Below are positions 1 through 9,809 of a stretch of DNA of 64,000 bases, in pieces. The DNA lies in the IMG/VR virus record IMGVR_UViG_3300027896_005002, positions 251,488 to 315,487 of that record; one strand, 5' to 3'. How positions within the stretch are numbered: the first letter of the stretch is position 1; each line of letters begins with the position of its first letter. A model generated the notes under the pieces. That model had not been told where the DNA came from. It was given only the letters and a program-made list of their open reading frames with translations, and made no database searches. Source of the DNA: a virus. The translations under genes were made by a program, and so were the position numbers.

Positions 1-737
1 CGACCCAATTTGACAGTCTTACCTGTTCGTTTAGCTACTTCTATTGCAATAACTTCTTTATTGAATTGAATAAATCCAAACATATTCATGAAACTTGCAC
101 CCCATGCGTCATTACTTCTAAATCTAATATTGCAATTTAACCAATAAATACCTTGCTCATCTTCTACAATTCGATACCATAATGACTGTAAACAAGGCGG
201 ATCATAACAAGTTATATCTAAATTTGGCATCCAAGTAATCATTTGTGCTTGTCTGGTAAATGGCTGTTCAACTAATTTTTGTATTACATATTCAATTTGG
301 TCAATTTTAAAATACCCACGATTGATTGATTGTATTTCTTCAATAATAGTTTTTTCACAATCTGGAGAATGAATATATGGATGTTTCTCTTTCCACATTC
401 CATAATTTTTTAATCGACCATGGTAAGTATATTCCCATCTTGTATCTGACGGATCATTAATATTTTTAACCCAATGATCTTTCAATCCTTTCAATTCCAT
501 TACATACTCTTTAAGATTTTCAACACCGCCTGGAAAAGCTAAATGAATCATTGGATCACTTTCGGGCTCATATATCGTTATATTCATTGTACTATCAATA
601 CTTAAGGGATCATCAGGTTTATCATATTGTGTCTTTAATCGAATACCCTTATTGTACAATGTACATATTGCCTGTTCATAAGCAACTGCCAAACTATTTC
701 CACTAGCAATTAAAATAGGAATATCTTTCATTTTCAT
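1..737 (-). CDS. Thymidylate synthase (ThyA) superfamily enzyme, 3' end cut by window start
   Basis: Minus-strand ORF starts ATG at 737 (MKMKDIPIL...) and runs past position 1. It has the ThyA core motifs ...QAQMITWMPNLDITCYDPPC... (catalytic Cys) and ...LNCNIRFRSNDAWGASFMNMFGF..., matching RRIIxSAWNP...LPPCH and LxCQLYQRSxDxxLGxPFNIASY. The N-terminal half is divergent. Confidence 0.6.
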   Translation of the reverse strand, partial: MKMKDIPILIASGNSLAVAYEQAICTLYNKGIRLKTQYDKPDDPLSIDSTMNITIYEPESDPMIHLAFPGGVENLKEYVMELKGLKDHWVKNINDPSDTRWEYTYHGRLKNYGMWKEKHPYIHSPDCEKTIIEEIQSINRGYFKIDQIEYVIQKLVEQPFTRQAQMITWMPNLDITCYDPPCLQSLWYRIVEDEQGIYWLNCNIRFRSNDAWGASFMNMFGFIQFNKEVIAIEVAKRTGKTVKLG

Positions 738-1189
738 CCTCTATAACTTTCTTGATCTTTAGCAACACAATTATTTTCAATATCCCACCATACTTCTTTA
801 TTAACTTCAACATAATTTGGTGTTTTTGACCACCATGTAGCAGAATAATAAACCATCTTTTTTGTAACTGGATCTTCCATCATTTCACATACAGTATCCT
901 GAGTATTAGTTGAATCTTGTAAATCAAATAATGGTATTATTAATCTTCTTGTAGATACAGTTTTACATCTTATATTTTGTGCATTAATTAAATTCTCTCG
1001 AGTATAATCAATACTTGGTATAAATTGTTTTCTAAATTTTACCGGAATAGTTTTTAAAGTATTTTCGATAATTTGAGTACAAGACGGACAATATCTTTCA
1101 TCATTAAATTCTACGTGACCGTAAACACTTGGATGATATGAATAAACAGTTTTACAATGTTCACATCTTTGAATTCTTGTCGTTGTCAT
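734..1189 (-). CDS. Cys-rich zinc-binding hypothetical protein
   Basis: 151 aa ORF with CxxC...CxxC pairs (RCEHCKTVY...YCPSC); no family recognised. Confidence 0.35.
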   Translation of the reverse strand: MTTTRIQRCEHCKTVYSYHPSVYGHVEFNDERYCPSCTQIIENTLKTIPVKFRKQFIPSIDYTRENLINAQNIRCKTVSTRRLIIPLFDLQDSTNTQDTVCEMMEDPVTKKMVYYSATWWSKTPNYVEVNKEVWWDIENNCVAKDQESYRG

Positions 1190-1590
1190 TTTAAGTATCC
1201 CATTGTTGTTTTTTTAACTTTTTTATGAAATAATTTAAACCTTAAATCACGCCAAAATCTTAAATAAAACATTTTTTTATACCAAGGTTTTATTGCCCAA
1301 GTATTGACGACAACAATTCCAACAGTTTCTTCTATTGTCCAACCAACATTTTTTTTTGGATTATCAGCAGGCAAAACTGTCAATTCTTGTCGAGGCAAAT
1401 TCATAAATATTTGATTACGGCTATGATTATACAAACAATAATTGAAATTACAGAAATTAAAGCCACATTTCCGCAAATTATTTTAAACCACTTTGGTTCT
1501 TTAAACTTTGTTAATAAACTTACTTTTGCAGTAATCATCATTAAACAAAGTAAAATACATGATAATATCCCTAATTTTAATATCATCATA

Positions 1591-2142
1591 TTATTCATCC
1601 TCTTCAGTTTTACTTTTACCAGTGAAAGCTCTGACATCATCATCAGAATTATCAGATTTGAGAGACGACGTCGGTTTCTCCATTTTCATCATAGAAACTA
1701 TATTGACCAATCTATCACCGCGCTCACCAAAACCAAAGGCAACAGATCTAATATTAGCTGCATCTTCTTTCTTTTTCAACATCTCAAAATATCGTCTTCT
1801 ATATTCTGGATCAGTCATTACAGCTTCATCAACCATCTTATCTGTCACTCGTTTTCCAGATACTTCAGCCAACTCTTCTCTATAATGTTTTGATCTTTCT
1901 TTTTCCCAAATCTCAAAAGAAATTTTTTCTCTATCAAATTCAATTGCAGCCTGATTTGCCAATACATTCCACCGTGCATGTAGTGATGGATTTTCAGCCA
2001 TCATATTACAAGCTTTTTGTGGAGTGAGAATATCTATTGAGGGTATATACAGTTTTTGATTGATGTCAACATCAATAGTCTCATCATAAACTTTAAAAGA
2101 GACTTTAAATTCAATTGGCGCTTTACCTTTTTTCCCCATCAT
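1591..2142 (-). CDS. Hypothetical protein with acidic C-terminal tail
   Basis: 183 aa ORF, moderately higher GC, acidic tail (...SDNSDDDVRAFTGKSKTEEDE), reminiscent of SSB-type tails; unassigned. Confidence 0.35.
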   Translation of the reverse strand: MMGKKGKAPIEFKVSFKVYDETIDVDINQKLYIPSIDILTPQKACNMMAENPSLHARWNVLANQAAIEFDREKISFEIWEKERSKHYREELAEVSGKRVTDKMVDEAVMTDPEYRRRYFEMLKKKEDAANIRSVAFGFGERGDRLVNIVSMMKMEKPTSSLKSDNSDDDVRAFTGKSKTEEDE

Positions 2143-2162
2143 GATAATTAGATATGCAAAAA

Positions 2163-2591
2163 TTAACTTTGAATTAAAGATATGTTGAAAGAATCATCAC
2201 TAACCGAAAAAATTTTGTTAAAACCCTCTGAATAAGTCGGTGGTTGTAATTTTTTTGCAGTACTATAAATCGCAACATCTGGAACTTTTCTAGTCCGTTG
2301 TTTGTTACGTAAAATTGCATCTTTTACATTAGATAAAAAATGATAACAGATGATCTCGTAACCAGCTCTTTTTGCAGGTTCAATATAAACAAGTCTATCA
2401 ACTTTGAGAGGATTAGTATTGTCAATTACAATTTTAGTTTTTGATTCGAGGCACGCTTGAAATAAATATTTTTCACGATAACGAGTTTGTAATGTATCAA
2501 GATTGATTCTTACATGAGTATCAAAAAATTGTTGTTTAAAAAATGTCGATTTTCCACATGCTTGAATTCCTACAAAAATAATAAGTTCCAT
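2163..2591 (-). CDS. P-loop kinase (polynucleotide kinase / AAA_33-like)
   Basis: Walker A motif IFVGIQACGKSTF at the N-terminus. Size and layout fit the small nucleotide or polynucleotide kinases found beside RNA ligases. Confidence 0.5.
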   Translation of the reverse strand: MELIIFVGIQACGKSTFFKQQFFDTHVRINLDTLQTRYREKYLFQACLESKTKIVIDNTNPLKVDRLVYIEPAKRAGYEIICYHFLSNVKDAILRNKQRTRKVPDVAIYSTAKKLQPPTYSEGFNKIFSVSDDSFNISLIQS

Positions 2592-2594
2592 AAT

Positions 2595-2801
2595 TTAATT
2601 TTTAATTTCAACACAACCAGCAAGCTCACAAATACCATGACTACCATCAGGACAGTTATGAATATATGTTTTATTACATTGTTCACGTAAAGCTTCAAAT
2701 GCTTGACCTATAGTTGTTTGCATACTTTCTTCAATCACTCCACATTTGCGACATTTAAATTGTAATTTTGCATAAGTATTTGACATAATTTCTCCTACCA
2801 A
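2595..2801 (-). CDS. Small Cys-rich hypothetical protein
   Basis: 68 aa with CRKCG...CNKTYIHNCPDGSHGICELAGC; zinc-ribbon-like. Confidence 0.3.
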   Translation of the reverse strand: MVGEIMSNTYAKLQFKCRKCGVIEESMQTTIGQAFEALREQCNKTYIHNCPDGSHGICELAGCVEIKN

Positions 2802-3187
2802 AAATATTCTTTATTACTTGCAATTTTCTTCATTTTTTCTAAAATAATTTTATCTTCGATTACTCTAATTTCATTTGCTGCTGTTTTAATTATTGGATTG
2901 TAAACATTTTTGACCGTTCCATTTATTATACTATAATTCTTAAGAACCCAGTTAGGCAAATATCTCTTAGGATACTTACAAAACCGTTTTCGTAAACGTT
3001 TATTTCTAGTCCATCGTTTTGAATTTTTTAAATTTGATAGATATGCTAAACGATGCCATTCATTAATAGGAAATTCATCAGGCAAATTTAACTCTTGCGG
3101 ATGTATTTCTACTTTAGCTTTTATTACAAACATTTTTTTCATATTAGATGGCATCATATTTCCAAAACCCAGGAATAATTTTAGCAT
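2795..3187 (-). CDS. Hypothetical basic protein
   Basis: 130 aa ORF, no recognisable motif. Confidence 0.3.
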   Translation of the reverse strand: MLKLFLGFGNMMPSNMKKMFVIKAKVEIHPQELNLPDEFPINEWHRLAYLSNLKNSKRWTRNKRLRKRFCKYPKRYLPNWVLKNYSIINGTVKNVYNPIIKTAANEIRVIEDKIILEKMKKIASNKEYFW

Positions 3188-3518
3188 TAGGAATAATTCT
3201 TGCCATATTTAAAGCACCAATAGGATTAAAACTATGAATTATTATATGATTTGCCTGCTTATCTTCATTTCTTTCTAACCATTGAGCAACTTCATATCCA
3301 GTACCAGGACCAGAAGGTTCATAATATTTATCTCCCAAATCATGATCCAAACATATCAAATCAAACTTTTCACGTCCTTGAAGACAACTGATAGCATCTT
3401 TAGCAGTTTTAACTGTAATTACATCATGACCAATAAATTTCTTACGAAAAATTATAAGCCTTTCTTCACTGTCATCTAATATAAAAATTCTCATACATTT
3501 ATCTTTCAATTTTTTCAC
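3144..3518 (-). CDS. CheY-like receiver-domain-like protein (tentative)
   Basis: MRIFILDDSEERL...FDLICLDHDLGD...GTGYEVAQWL...HIIIHSFNP has acidic pocket residues in the positions of a response-regulator receiver fold. Confidence 0.3.
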   Translation of the reverse strand: MKKLKDKCMRIFILDDSEERLIIFRKKFIGHDVITVKTAKDAISCLQGREKFDLICLDHDLGDKYYEPSGPGTGYEVAQWLERNEDKQANHIIIHSFNPIGALNMARIIPNAKIIPGFWKYDAI

Positions 3519-3954
3519 CTAACTTTTCCATGTCTTCATCTAACAAATCTAAAATAATTTTAGCATATGCAGAATCAGATCCTTTTCGATATGCTCTTGC
3601 GGTTATATATAAAAAATTCACTACTAAATTGTATTTAGCTTCAACTTCGCTTTTTCCTCGACCAACAATTGGAGTTCCCGGTAATACTGTTGCATCAGCA
3701 TGATATCCATCCTCAGATCGTTCTACAACAATTTTTAAAGCTTTTTCAATATTGGGAAAATGTATTTCTGATTCTTTTATGTCTTCTTTTGGGTCTTTCA
3801 TTAATATTTCATCCCAAGTGTCATTTTCAATAATCGAATGTCCTGATGCTGCAGTATTCATCGGTCTCAAAAATTTTTCAGCATTTTCTTTTTTAACAAA
3901 AAATGCCATAATAGTATTTTTTTGTAAACCATTATGAACCGTATATATTTTCAT
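3499..3954 (-). CDS. Hypothetical protein
   Basis: 151 aa ORF in the co-directional gene array. Confidence 0.3.
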   Translation of the reverse strand: MKIYTVHNGLQKNTIMAFFVKKENAEKFLRPMNTAASGHSIIENDTWDEILMKDPKEDIKESEIHFPNIEKALKIVVERSEDGYHADATVLPGTPIVGRGKSEVEAKYNLVVNFLYITARAYRKGSDSAYAKIILDLLDEDMEKLGEKIER

Positions 3955-3956
3955 TA

Positions 3957-4319
3957 CTAACCACCTTCCAATTCATTAAATTCTGTCTCTTCATCATCAT
4001 CAAAAATAGCTTTTTCAACAAGTAAACAAAGCATTGCTTTAACAAAATCTTTACCCATCATTTCATTACTACAATGCAGTTTTCCATCTTCAACATAAAA
4101 AGAAAATGATCCAAAACCAGTACCTTTCATACTCCAATGCACTTCAACTGGATGATACAAAGTCGGCGTTAATTCAAAACCAAAAGCTTCTTCATATTTT
4201 TTGACCATTTCTTTCGGTTTTGTTATAAAATCCTTATCAATGGTCATATCAAAATTTGCATCAGTTTTAAACGACTCGAATATCTCTTCAAGCTTCGACT
4301 TCTTTTGCGATCGCTTCAT
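3957..4319 (-). CDS. Hypothetical protein (start trimmed to an internal Met to avoid a 150-nt overlap with dnaE)
   Basis: The track ORF 3957..4439 overlaps the upstream polymerase ORF by 150 nt; the internal Met at 4319 (MKRSQKK...) gives a roughly 30-nt overlap. Confidence 0.25.
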   Translation of the reverse strand: MKRSQKKSKLEEIFESFKTDANFDMTIDKDFITKPKEMVKKYEEAFGFELTPTLYHPVEVHWSMKGTGFGSFSFYVEDGKLHCSNEMMGKDFVKAMLCLLVEKAIFDDDEETEFNELEGG

Positions 4320-7269
4320 ATTTTGCCATTCTTTCCTTTTGCTCTTCTGTTTTTTCATATACATTACCAACACAACAAACATCATACATATCAATGAAGA
4401 TATGATCCATATACTGACTAGTTTCAACTTCTCCGGCAATTATATTTGCTATTTTAATAACATCTAATATTGGTATCTTCTTAAATTTATCGCCTACTGG
4501 AATTAATGCCTTTTGACAACGTTTATTATATATTGGTAATCTAACTTTCACTATATTAAATTTTGCATCAGTTAATACAACATAATAATAAGCATTTCCA
4601 TTTTTACTTGTCTTTTTAATGATATCAGTTATTATTCCCCAAGAATATTGCTTTTGATGTAATCTTGGCTCCGTAAATTTTGTTAATGATTTAGCACCTA
4701 TATCTTTTATTTTCTGTTTTTGAATATCTGTTAATTTTGTTCTCCAATCAACACCATAAGCTTCCACAAATCTATCATGCTCAAATTTTTTATCATTGTA
4801 ATCGACATCTTGTTGCCAATTTTTCTCTTTCCTAATCTCAACAAAATATTTTTGTAATATCTCATTTTGTGTACCAAAACAATCAAAAGCATGAGCATCT
4901 ATCAAAGCAACAACAACACCTTTTCCAATCTTTTTAATCTCTGCTGTTTTACTATAAAAACCTTCAAAAGAAACAAAAGGTTGCGATGTAACTATTGTAT
5001 TGACTGCTGCCGGTCCTACACCTACAATATGTTCAATTCCAAACATAATGTTATTTTCATGAATTGTAAATCCTCTATTTGCTGTCCTAATATCAACAGG
5101 TATAATATTAATACCTTTATTCATTGCTTCAGCAAAATAACTCGGAAATTTCTCTGTTAATGAATTTGAAAACAATACTACAAAGAATTCCAGTGGATAA
5201 TACATCTTAAACCACATCATTTGGTAACTGAGAATCGTGTATGCTACTGCATGCGATTTATTGAACCCATAGCGAGTGAATGATACGCAGTTATCCCACC
5301 AAGATTCAGCTACTTTTGAAGTTAATCCATTGCTAACGCAGCCTTTAATGAATTTATCTTTAATTTCTGCTCGTTGTTTTGCACTTTTGTCTTTAGCATC
5401 TGTATCTCTAACAGATTTCATTAAATTCTTTCTGACAGTATCAGTCAAATCTAATGGAAATCCTGCTACAATATGACACAATCTCATAACATCTTCTTGA
5501 TAAACTAAGATGCCATAACTTTCCTTAAGACATTTTTCAATTAATGCAGATCCAAAATCAAATTTCTTACCATGTTTTCTTTCTGCATATTCATGATGCA
5601 TTCCCATATCTAACGGTCCAGGTCGTCCTAATGCAGTTGCTGATGTAATGTCTGCAAATGAATTCGGTTTTATTTCCTTAAGTAAAGATTTCATCAAACT
5701 ACTATTATGGACAACAAATCCATTTGCAACATAATTATGTTTTTGTTTTGTATTAAAACCAATATCATAAACAGTTTTTAATCCAGAATAAATAAATTTC
5801 TTAATTTTAATAAATTTATATCTTTGTGTATATTTTTTAAATTTACCAAGAACTTTTGGTTCACAATTTTTTTTGATGCATTGTTTACAAATATTATCAA
5901 CGCGACACTGTTCAACAATTGCGCGAGAAGATTCACAATAATATTGTGACCGTTCACGTTCTTGATCAATTAATACATTGTCACCAACTTTTAAATCTTT
6001 AAGTTGATACCAATCTATCTTTCTATTCTTTTTAGCATAATATTCATGTAGTTGAGTTGATTCAATACACATTTGATTTTCAAGTATAAGAATAAAAACA
6101 TGATCTTGTTTTTTCTGCATTGCTTGAATTTTTTGTCGTATCTTCCGTTTATTCTTGAGATCAACACAACCAATCTTATTTACAGATTCTGGATCTTGTA
6201 CAAATTTATTATACAACTCTTCAATCCTATAATTTCCTATCCAAGAATTTTCACCAATACACTCAAACTGGAAAATACCATTAGTATCTGTCTGTCTAAA
6301 TCTTTCATATACAAGATCATTTCCATCTAATGGCAATTTTGCTGAAAACTCTTCATATAACAATGATGTTAACTGTCCATTATCAATTGATTCAATGTCA
6401 AAATCTGCTTCTTTATTGTAAGATTTTCTTAATCTAATTAAGTCAAGTATCTCCTTTACAATGGTCAACGTTTTGAGACCTAAAATATCAAATTTGATAA
6501 ATCCTGAAGACTGTAAATCTTTCCTAATGATACCATCAACCCAACTTGTAATCAATTCATCTTTATGTCTCATTAATGGTATTGATTCATCAATTTTATC
6601 TGGAGTCGCAACGACACCTGCCGGATGTTTTGTTAGATGTCTTAGCTGACCTTTTAATTTGAAAATTATATCTTTTATTTGTGGATGTCGATCAAAATAT
6701 TTTCTTAAATCATAAAGATCTTTTCTGAATTCTTTATCACCTGGTTCTTTAGCTATTAAAATATCAAAATCTTCTTCAGATAAAAGATCAACATCATCAC
6801 CGAGATTTTTAACAACATCATTAGTATCATTTAAGTCAATATCAAAAATTCTGGCAATATCTCTAGTAACCATTTTCATTTTCATTTGACCATAAGAACC
6901 AATAGGTGCTACATGATCACTACCGTATTTATTGATAAAGTATTTTATAACTTGTTCTCGTTCATTAATACTAAAGTCACTATCAATATCAGGAAATGAA
7001 GATTGTTTTTTAATGACTAACGGCAAGTTTGATTGGACTGGATCTGTTTGAGAGATACCAAGAAGATAATAAATTAATGATCCATGTTTTTCAATTTTTG
7101 TTTCAGTTTTTAAAATATTGAGAACATAATCTATATTGTTTTGAACTTCAATATTTGACAATTCTTTTTCAAGCTGTAGAATATATCGCTGATCTTGCTG
7201 TAAACCTAACTTTGTAAGATGTTTCTCGCAAAGATATTGAATAAAATTTAATTTGGTTAATTCGGCCAT
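4288..7269 (-). CDS. dnaE: DNA polymerase III alpha (DnaE) family, C-terminal portion carrying the palm catalytic motif
   Basis: 993 aa ORF. Contains ...GSLIYYLLGISQTDPV...SSFPDIDSDF... (DnaE palm PDxDxDF catalytic aspartates) followed by KYGSDHVAPIGSYGQMK, matching the DnaE core downstream of the FERFLNPER motif. Confidence 0.85.
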   Translation of the reverse strand: MAELTKLNFIQYLCEKHLTKLGLQQDQRYILQLEKELSNIEVQNNIDYVLNILKTETKIEKHGSLIYYLLGISQTDPVQSNLPLVIKKQSSFPDIDSDFSINEREQVIKYFINKYGSDHVAPIGSYGQMKMKMVTRDIARIFDIDLNDTNDVVKNLGDDVDLLSEEDFDILIAKEPGDKEFRKDLYDLRKYFDRHPQIKDIIFKLKGQLRHLTKHPAGVVATPDKIDESIPLMRHKDELITSWVDGIIRKDLQSSGFIKFDILGLKTLTIVKEILDLIRLRKSYNKEADFDIESIDNGQLTSLLYEEFSAKLPLDGNDLVYERFRQTDTNGIFQFECIGENSWIGNYRIEELYNKFVQDPESVNKIGCVDLKNKRKIRQKIQAMQKKQDHVFILILENQMCIESTQLHEYYAKKNRKIDWYQLKDLKVGDNVLIDQERERSQYYCESSRAIVEQCRVDNICKQCIKKNCEPKVLGKFKKYTQRYKFIKIKKFIYSGLKTVYDIGFNTKQKHNYVANGFVVHNSSLMKSLLKEIKPNSFADITSATALGRPGPLDMGMHHEYAERKHGKKFDFGSALIEKCLKESYGILVYQEDVMRLCHIVAGFPLDLTDTVRKNLMKSVRDTDAKDKSAKQRAEIKDKFIKGCVSNGLTSKVAESWWDNCVSFTRYGFNKSHAVAYTILSYQMMWFKMYYPLEFFVVLFSNSLTEKFPSYFAEAMNKGINIIPVDIRTANRGFTIHENNIMFGIEHIVGVGPAAVNTIVTSQPFVSFEGFYSKTAEIKKIGKGVVVALIDAHAFDCFGTQNEILQKYFVEIRKEKNWQQDVDYNDKKFEHDRFVEAYGVDWRTKLTDIQKQKIKDIGAKSLTKFTEPRLHQKQYSWGIITDIIKKTSKNGNAYYYVVLTDAKFNIVKVRLPIYNKRCQKALIPVGDKFKKIPILDVIKIANIIAGEVETSQYMDHIFIDMYDVCCVGNVYEKTEEQKERMAKYEAIAKEVEA

Positions 7270-7314
7270 GGTACATTATTTACCAATTTTTGCTATTGTA
7301 TTACAGGTAGTTAA

Positions 7315-7539
7315 TTATGTAACATAAATAAGATCATTTTGTGAATGCGCAGAATGTAATCTAATACAAGCATGTGATGATCTAACGCCAAATCCGAGTA
7401 TTATAGGTCCTTTTATATCTTGTCTACAACATAAATCATCACATTCTTTTCTAATTTTACAATTACTACAGCCTATAGTATTTTTAAGTGTTCGATTTTT
7501 GTATATTCTTTCTTCTTCTGCACCAGGAATTGTACTCAT
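7315..7539 (-). CDS. Small Cys-rich hypothetical protein (inside dnaE insertion)
   Basis: 74 aa with CSNCKIRKECDDLCC. Confidence 0.3.
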   Translation of the reverse strand: MSTIPGAEEERIYKNRTLKNTIGCSNCKIRKECDDLCCRQDIKGPIILGFGVRSSHACIRLHSAHSQNDLIYVT

Positions 7540-8129
7540 TTTTTAATCTTTGACATTATATAAGTATATCCATGTATAGGATCATGAGGTAATGTACAAT
7601 TAGAACAATCTTTTATGTCATTTTTTAATTTATAAATTCCACCACAATCATCAATATGATATAAAGGACAATAGCAAAATAAACAGTTAACTTTTTTAAG
7701 ATCATGACAAGGCCAATATTCACATTTTTCATGATTGAAATTAGTAAACTCTGCACGTTCAATCATGTAAAAGCCTTGTACATTGAGAACACCATCATTA
7801 CTTGGATGTGGATCATGAACCAAAATTCCATGTCTATAAATAACAGCATGACCCGTTTTTACATATAACCTTGGACTGTCACCATGAACAATTACATATC
7901 CATCAAGTCCTTCATATTTATTTAAATCTTCAGGTTTTCCATGACCCATATATTCATAACCATTTTTTAACAAAAATTGTCTAAATGGCGGAAACCAATT
8001 TTTATCCAATTCAAATTGAGGTACTTCATCAAACGGTATTTCAAGTAAAGAAGCGACACAGGCAGCAAAACAATTGCCTGTTACTGATCCATCATGAGTG
8101 CTAATTTTTGTTTGTTTAATAGGTATCAT
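7536..8129 (-). CDS. Papain-fold peptidase C39-like domain fused to a C-terminal Cys-rich domain (tentative)
   Basis: N-terminal TGNCFAACVASLL (C39-like catalytic Cys context) and GHAVIYRHGILVHDPHP (His...DP motif). C-terminal cluster CEYWPCHDLKKVNCLFCYCPLY...CGG...CSNC. Confidence 0.35.
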   Translation of the reverse strand: MIPIKQTKISTHDGSVTGNCFAACVASLLEIPFDEVPQFELDKNWFPPFRQFLLKNGYEYMGHGKPEDLNKYEGLDGYVIVHGDSPRLYVKTGHAVIYRHGILVHDPHPSNDGVLNVQGFYMIERAEFTNFNHEKCEYWPCHDLKKVNCLFCYCPLYHIDDCGGIYKLKNDIKDCSNCTLPHDPIHGYTYIMSKIKK

Positions 8130-8132
8130 CTG

Positions 8133-8525
8133 CTAACTTATAGATACGATTTTAACTTTTTTAGATTTAAAAACTTTTTCAAAATCAACATTTTGAATAG
8201 TGTCATTATAGAAAAAATATGCAATATTTTCTAAAAAGAAATTACCATCAATACCAATATCATTTAACTTCTTAATAACTTCACCTTTCGGCATTGTTAA
8301 CCATGTATCATTTGGACCAATAAAGGATGGATCTAAATGTGAATGCATACACATTATAGCATCGTTATAATCACTTATTTTGACCATTTTAGTCGCAAAT
8401 AATTGTAGAAAATAATCAAACCAAACATTGGTCTTTTTAACTGATATTTCAATAAGATCGACTAATGTAACTGATTTGTCACATTTTAGTACTAACATGT
8501 CGTTCCTTGTTTGAAAGAATAACAC
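8133..8525 (-). CDS. Hypothetical protein (inside dnaE insertion)
   Basis: 130 aa ORF. Confidence 0.3.
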   Translation of the reverse strand: MLFFQTRNDMLVLKCDKSVTLVDLIEISVKKTNVWFDYFLQLFATKMVKISDYNDAIMCMHSHLDPSFIGPNDTWLTMPKGEVIKKLNDIGIDGNFFLENIAYFFYNDTIQNVDFEKVFKSKKVKIVSIS

Positions 8526-9153
8526 TAATATCTAAATATCCACCACATCCAACAGGAACGGTATAGGCAACTCTATTATGCGGTTTATCTTCTTTCGATG
8601 TATATGGCTGATTATTAGGACCATAATGAAAATCCAAAATATCACAAAATGCATTTAGCACATCTATGTGTGGTGTTGGATCTTCTATCCAAGGAACCAA
8701 AATTAAATCTAAATCGCGTTTAACTGACCCATGAACAGCTAAAGCATATCCTCGTTTTCGAGCTTCTTCTTGAAGTATGCCAAAATATGTCACATACCAA
8801 ATTGGCATCCATTCAGGTACAGGAGTTTTTTCTCGCACTAATTGTGGATCAAGAATATGAACTTCTCTAACATCAATTTTCTTCTTTGATAATGATTTGC
8901 CCAATTTAATTCTACCATCTGTACTTTGTAATAATTGTTTCACTAAATCTTTCTTTTCATTAGGTAAATCATCAAAAGTCTTTACTACTTTAAAATCAAT
9001 TTCAAAATTTTCAGAATGATCACCTTTAGTACAATTGCTACACATATATCCTATTTTTTGATTTGAAGGGTCATCTGCAGGTACAAGTTCTTTATTACTA
9101 CAATTATGATTTGTCATTGCATCTAACCATTGTTCAACAGTTTCAAATAACAT
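8479..9153 (-). CDS. Hypothetical protein, possible minimal nucleotidyltransferase fold
   Basis: AVHGSVKRDLDLILVPW resembles the hG[GS]x(n)DxD nucleotidyltransferase motif; an N-terminal CxxC pair. Weak. Confidence 0.25.
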   Translation of the reverse strand: MLFETVEQWLDAMTNHNCSNKELVPADDPSNQKIGYMCSNCTKGDHSENFEIDFKVVKTFDDLPNEKKDLVKQLLQSTDGRIKLGKSLSKKKIDVREVHILDPQLVREKTPVPEWMPIWYVTYFGILQEEARKRGYALAVHGSVKRDLDLILVPWIEDPTPHIDVLNAFCDILDFHYGPNNQPYTSKEDKPHNRVAYTVPVGCGGYLDISVILSNKERHVSTKM

Positions 9154-9165
9154 ATTTTCCTCTAT

Positions 9166-9786
9166 TCAATACATTTCCATGTGTTGTCTTAAAACTGAAT
9201 TCATTCTTGTAGAATAACCTTTACCTTGTTTTTTGAACCAATCAAGTACATCTGCATCTATCCTCATATGTAAAGCAATTTTCACATTGTGTATCGGACA
9301 ATCTTCTGATCTAACGCGTCGATGTTTACTAAGCCAACTACATGTACATTGTTTTAAAACATCTTTTTCAATTGAATATATACAAACTGCACGACTTGCT
9401 TGTACAAATGGTATTTTTTTAATTTCACCATCTACAAATTTTCCGGTAGCTAAATTATTAATTAATCGTCCCATTAATGTTATATGAACAGTTTTCTGTC
9501 TTAACATTGAAGCTAATTTTAATTCTAATTCATCTAAAGCTTTATTTGCTATATCTTCAGCCTTTTGTCCTTTTATGAGTTCTTTTTGAATGACAATAAT
9601 AATAGTCTTCGGATAAAATTTATACGATGGTGGTTGAGGAATATAATTTATCACTTCTATTTTATAATGTGGTATTGACGATAAATGATCATTATCTTTA
9701 TAATTTATCAACCATATTTTTGACTTGTTTCGAATACCAACACTTTCTATTTCACCTATTACTCTAGAACTTCTAATAACTTTCAT
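9166..9786 (-). CDS. Protein with C-terminal BrnA/DUF4415-like domain
   Basis: C-terminus IDADVLDWFKKQGKGYSTRMNSVLRQHME matches the BrnA antitoxin-like signature (...DVLEWFKAQGKGYQTRINAxLR..). Confidence 0.45.
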   Translation of the reverse strand: MKVIRSSRVIGEIESVGIRNKSKIWLINYKDNDHLSSIPHYKIEVINYIPQPPSYKFYPKTIIIVIQKELIKGQKAEDIANKALDELELKLASMLRQKTVHITLMGRLINNLATGKFVDGEIKKIPFVQASRAVCIYSIEKDVLKQCTCSWLSKHRRVRSEDCPIHNVKIALHMRIDADVLDWFKKQGKGYSTRMNSVLRQHMEMY

Positions 9787-9809
9787 TTATCGTCCTCCTC
9801 ATCACTAAA

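Noticed and set aside
1387-1893. Plus-strand ORFs overlapping minus-strand genes (e.g. 1387..1893, 4867..5160, 6073..6330, 35343..35609, 39165..39494, 59593..59997)
   Set aside because: They are low-complexity, Ile/Phe/Leu/Ser-rich translations of the antisense of well-supported minus-strand genes in AT-rich DNA; shadow ORFs.
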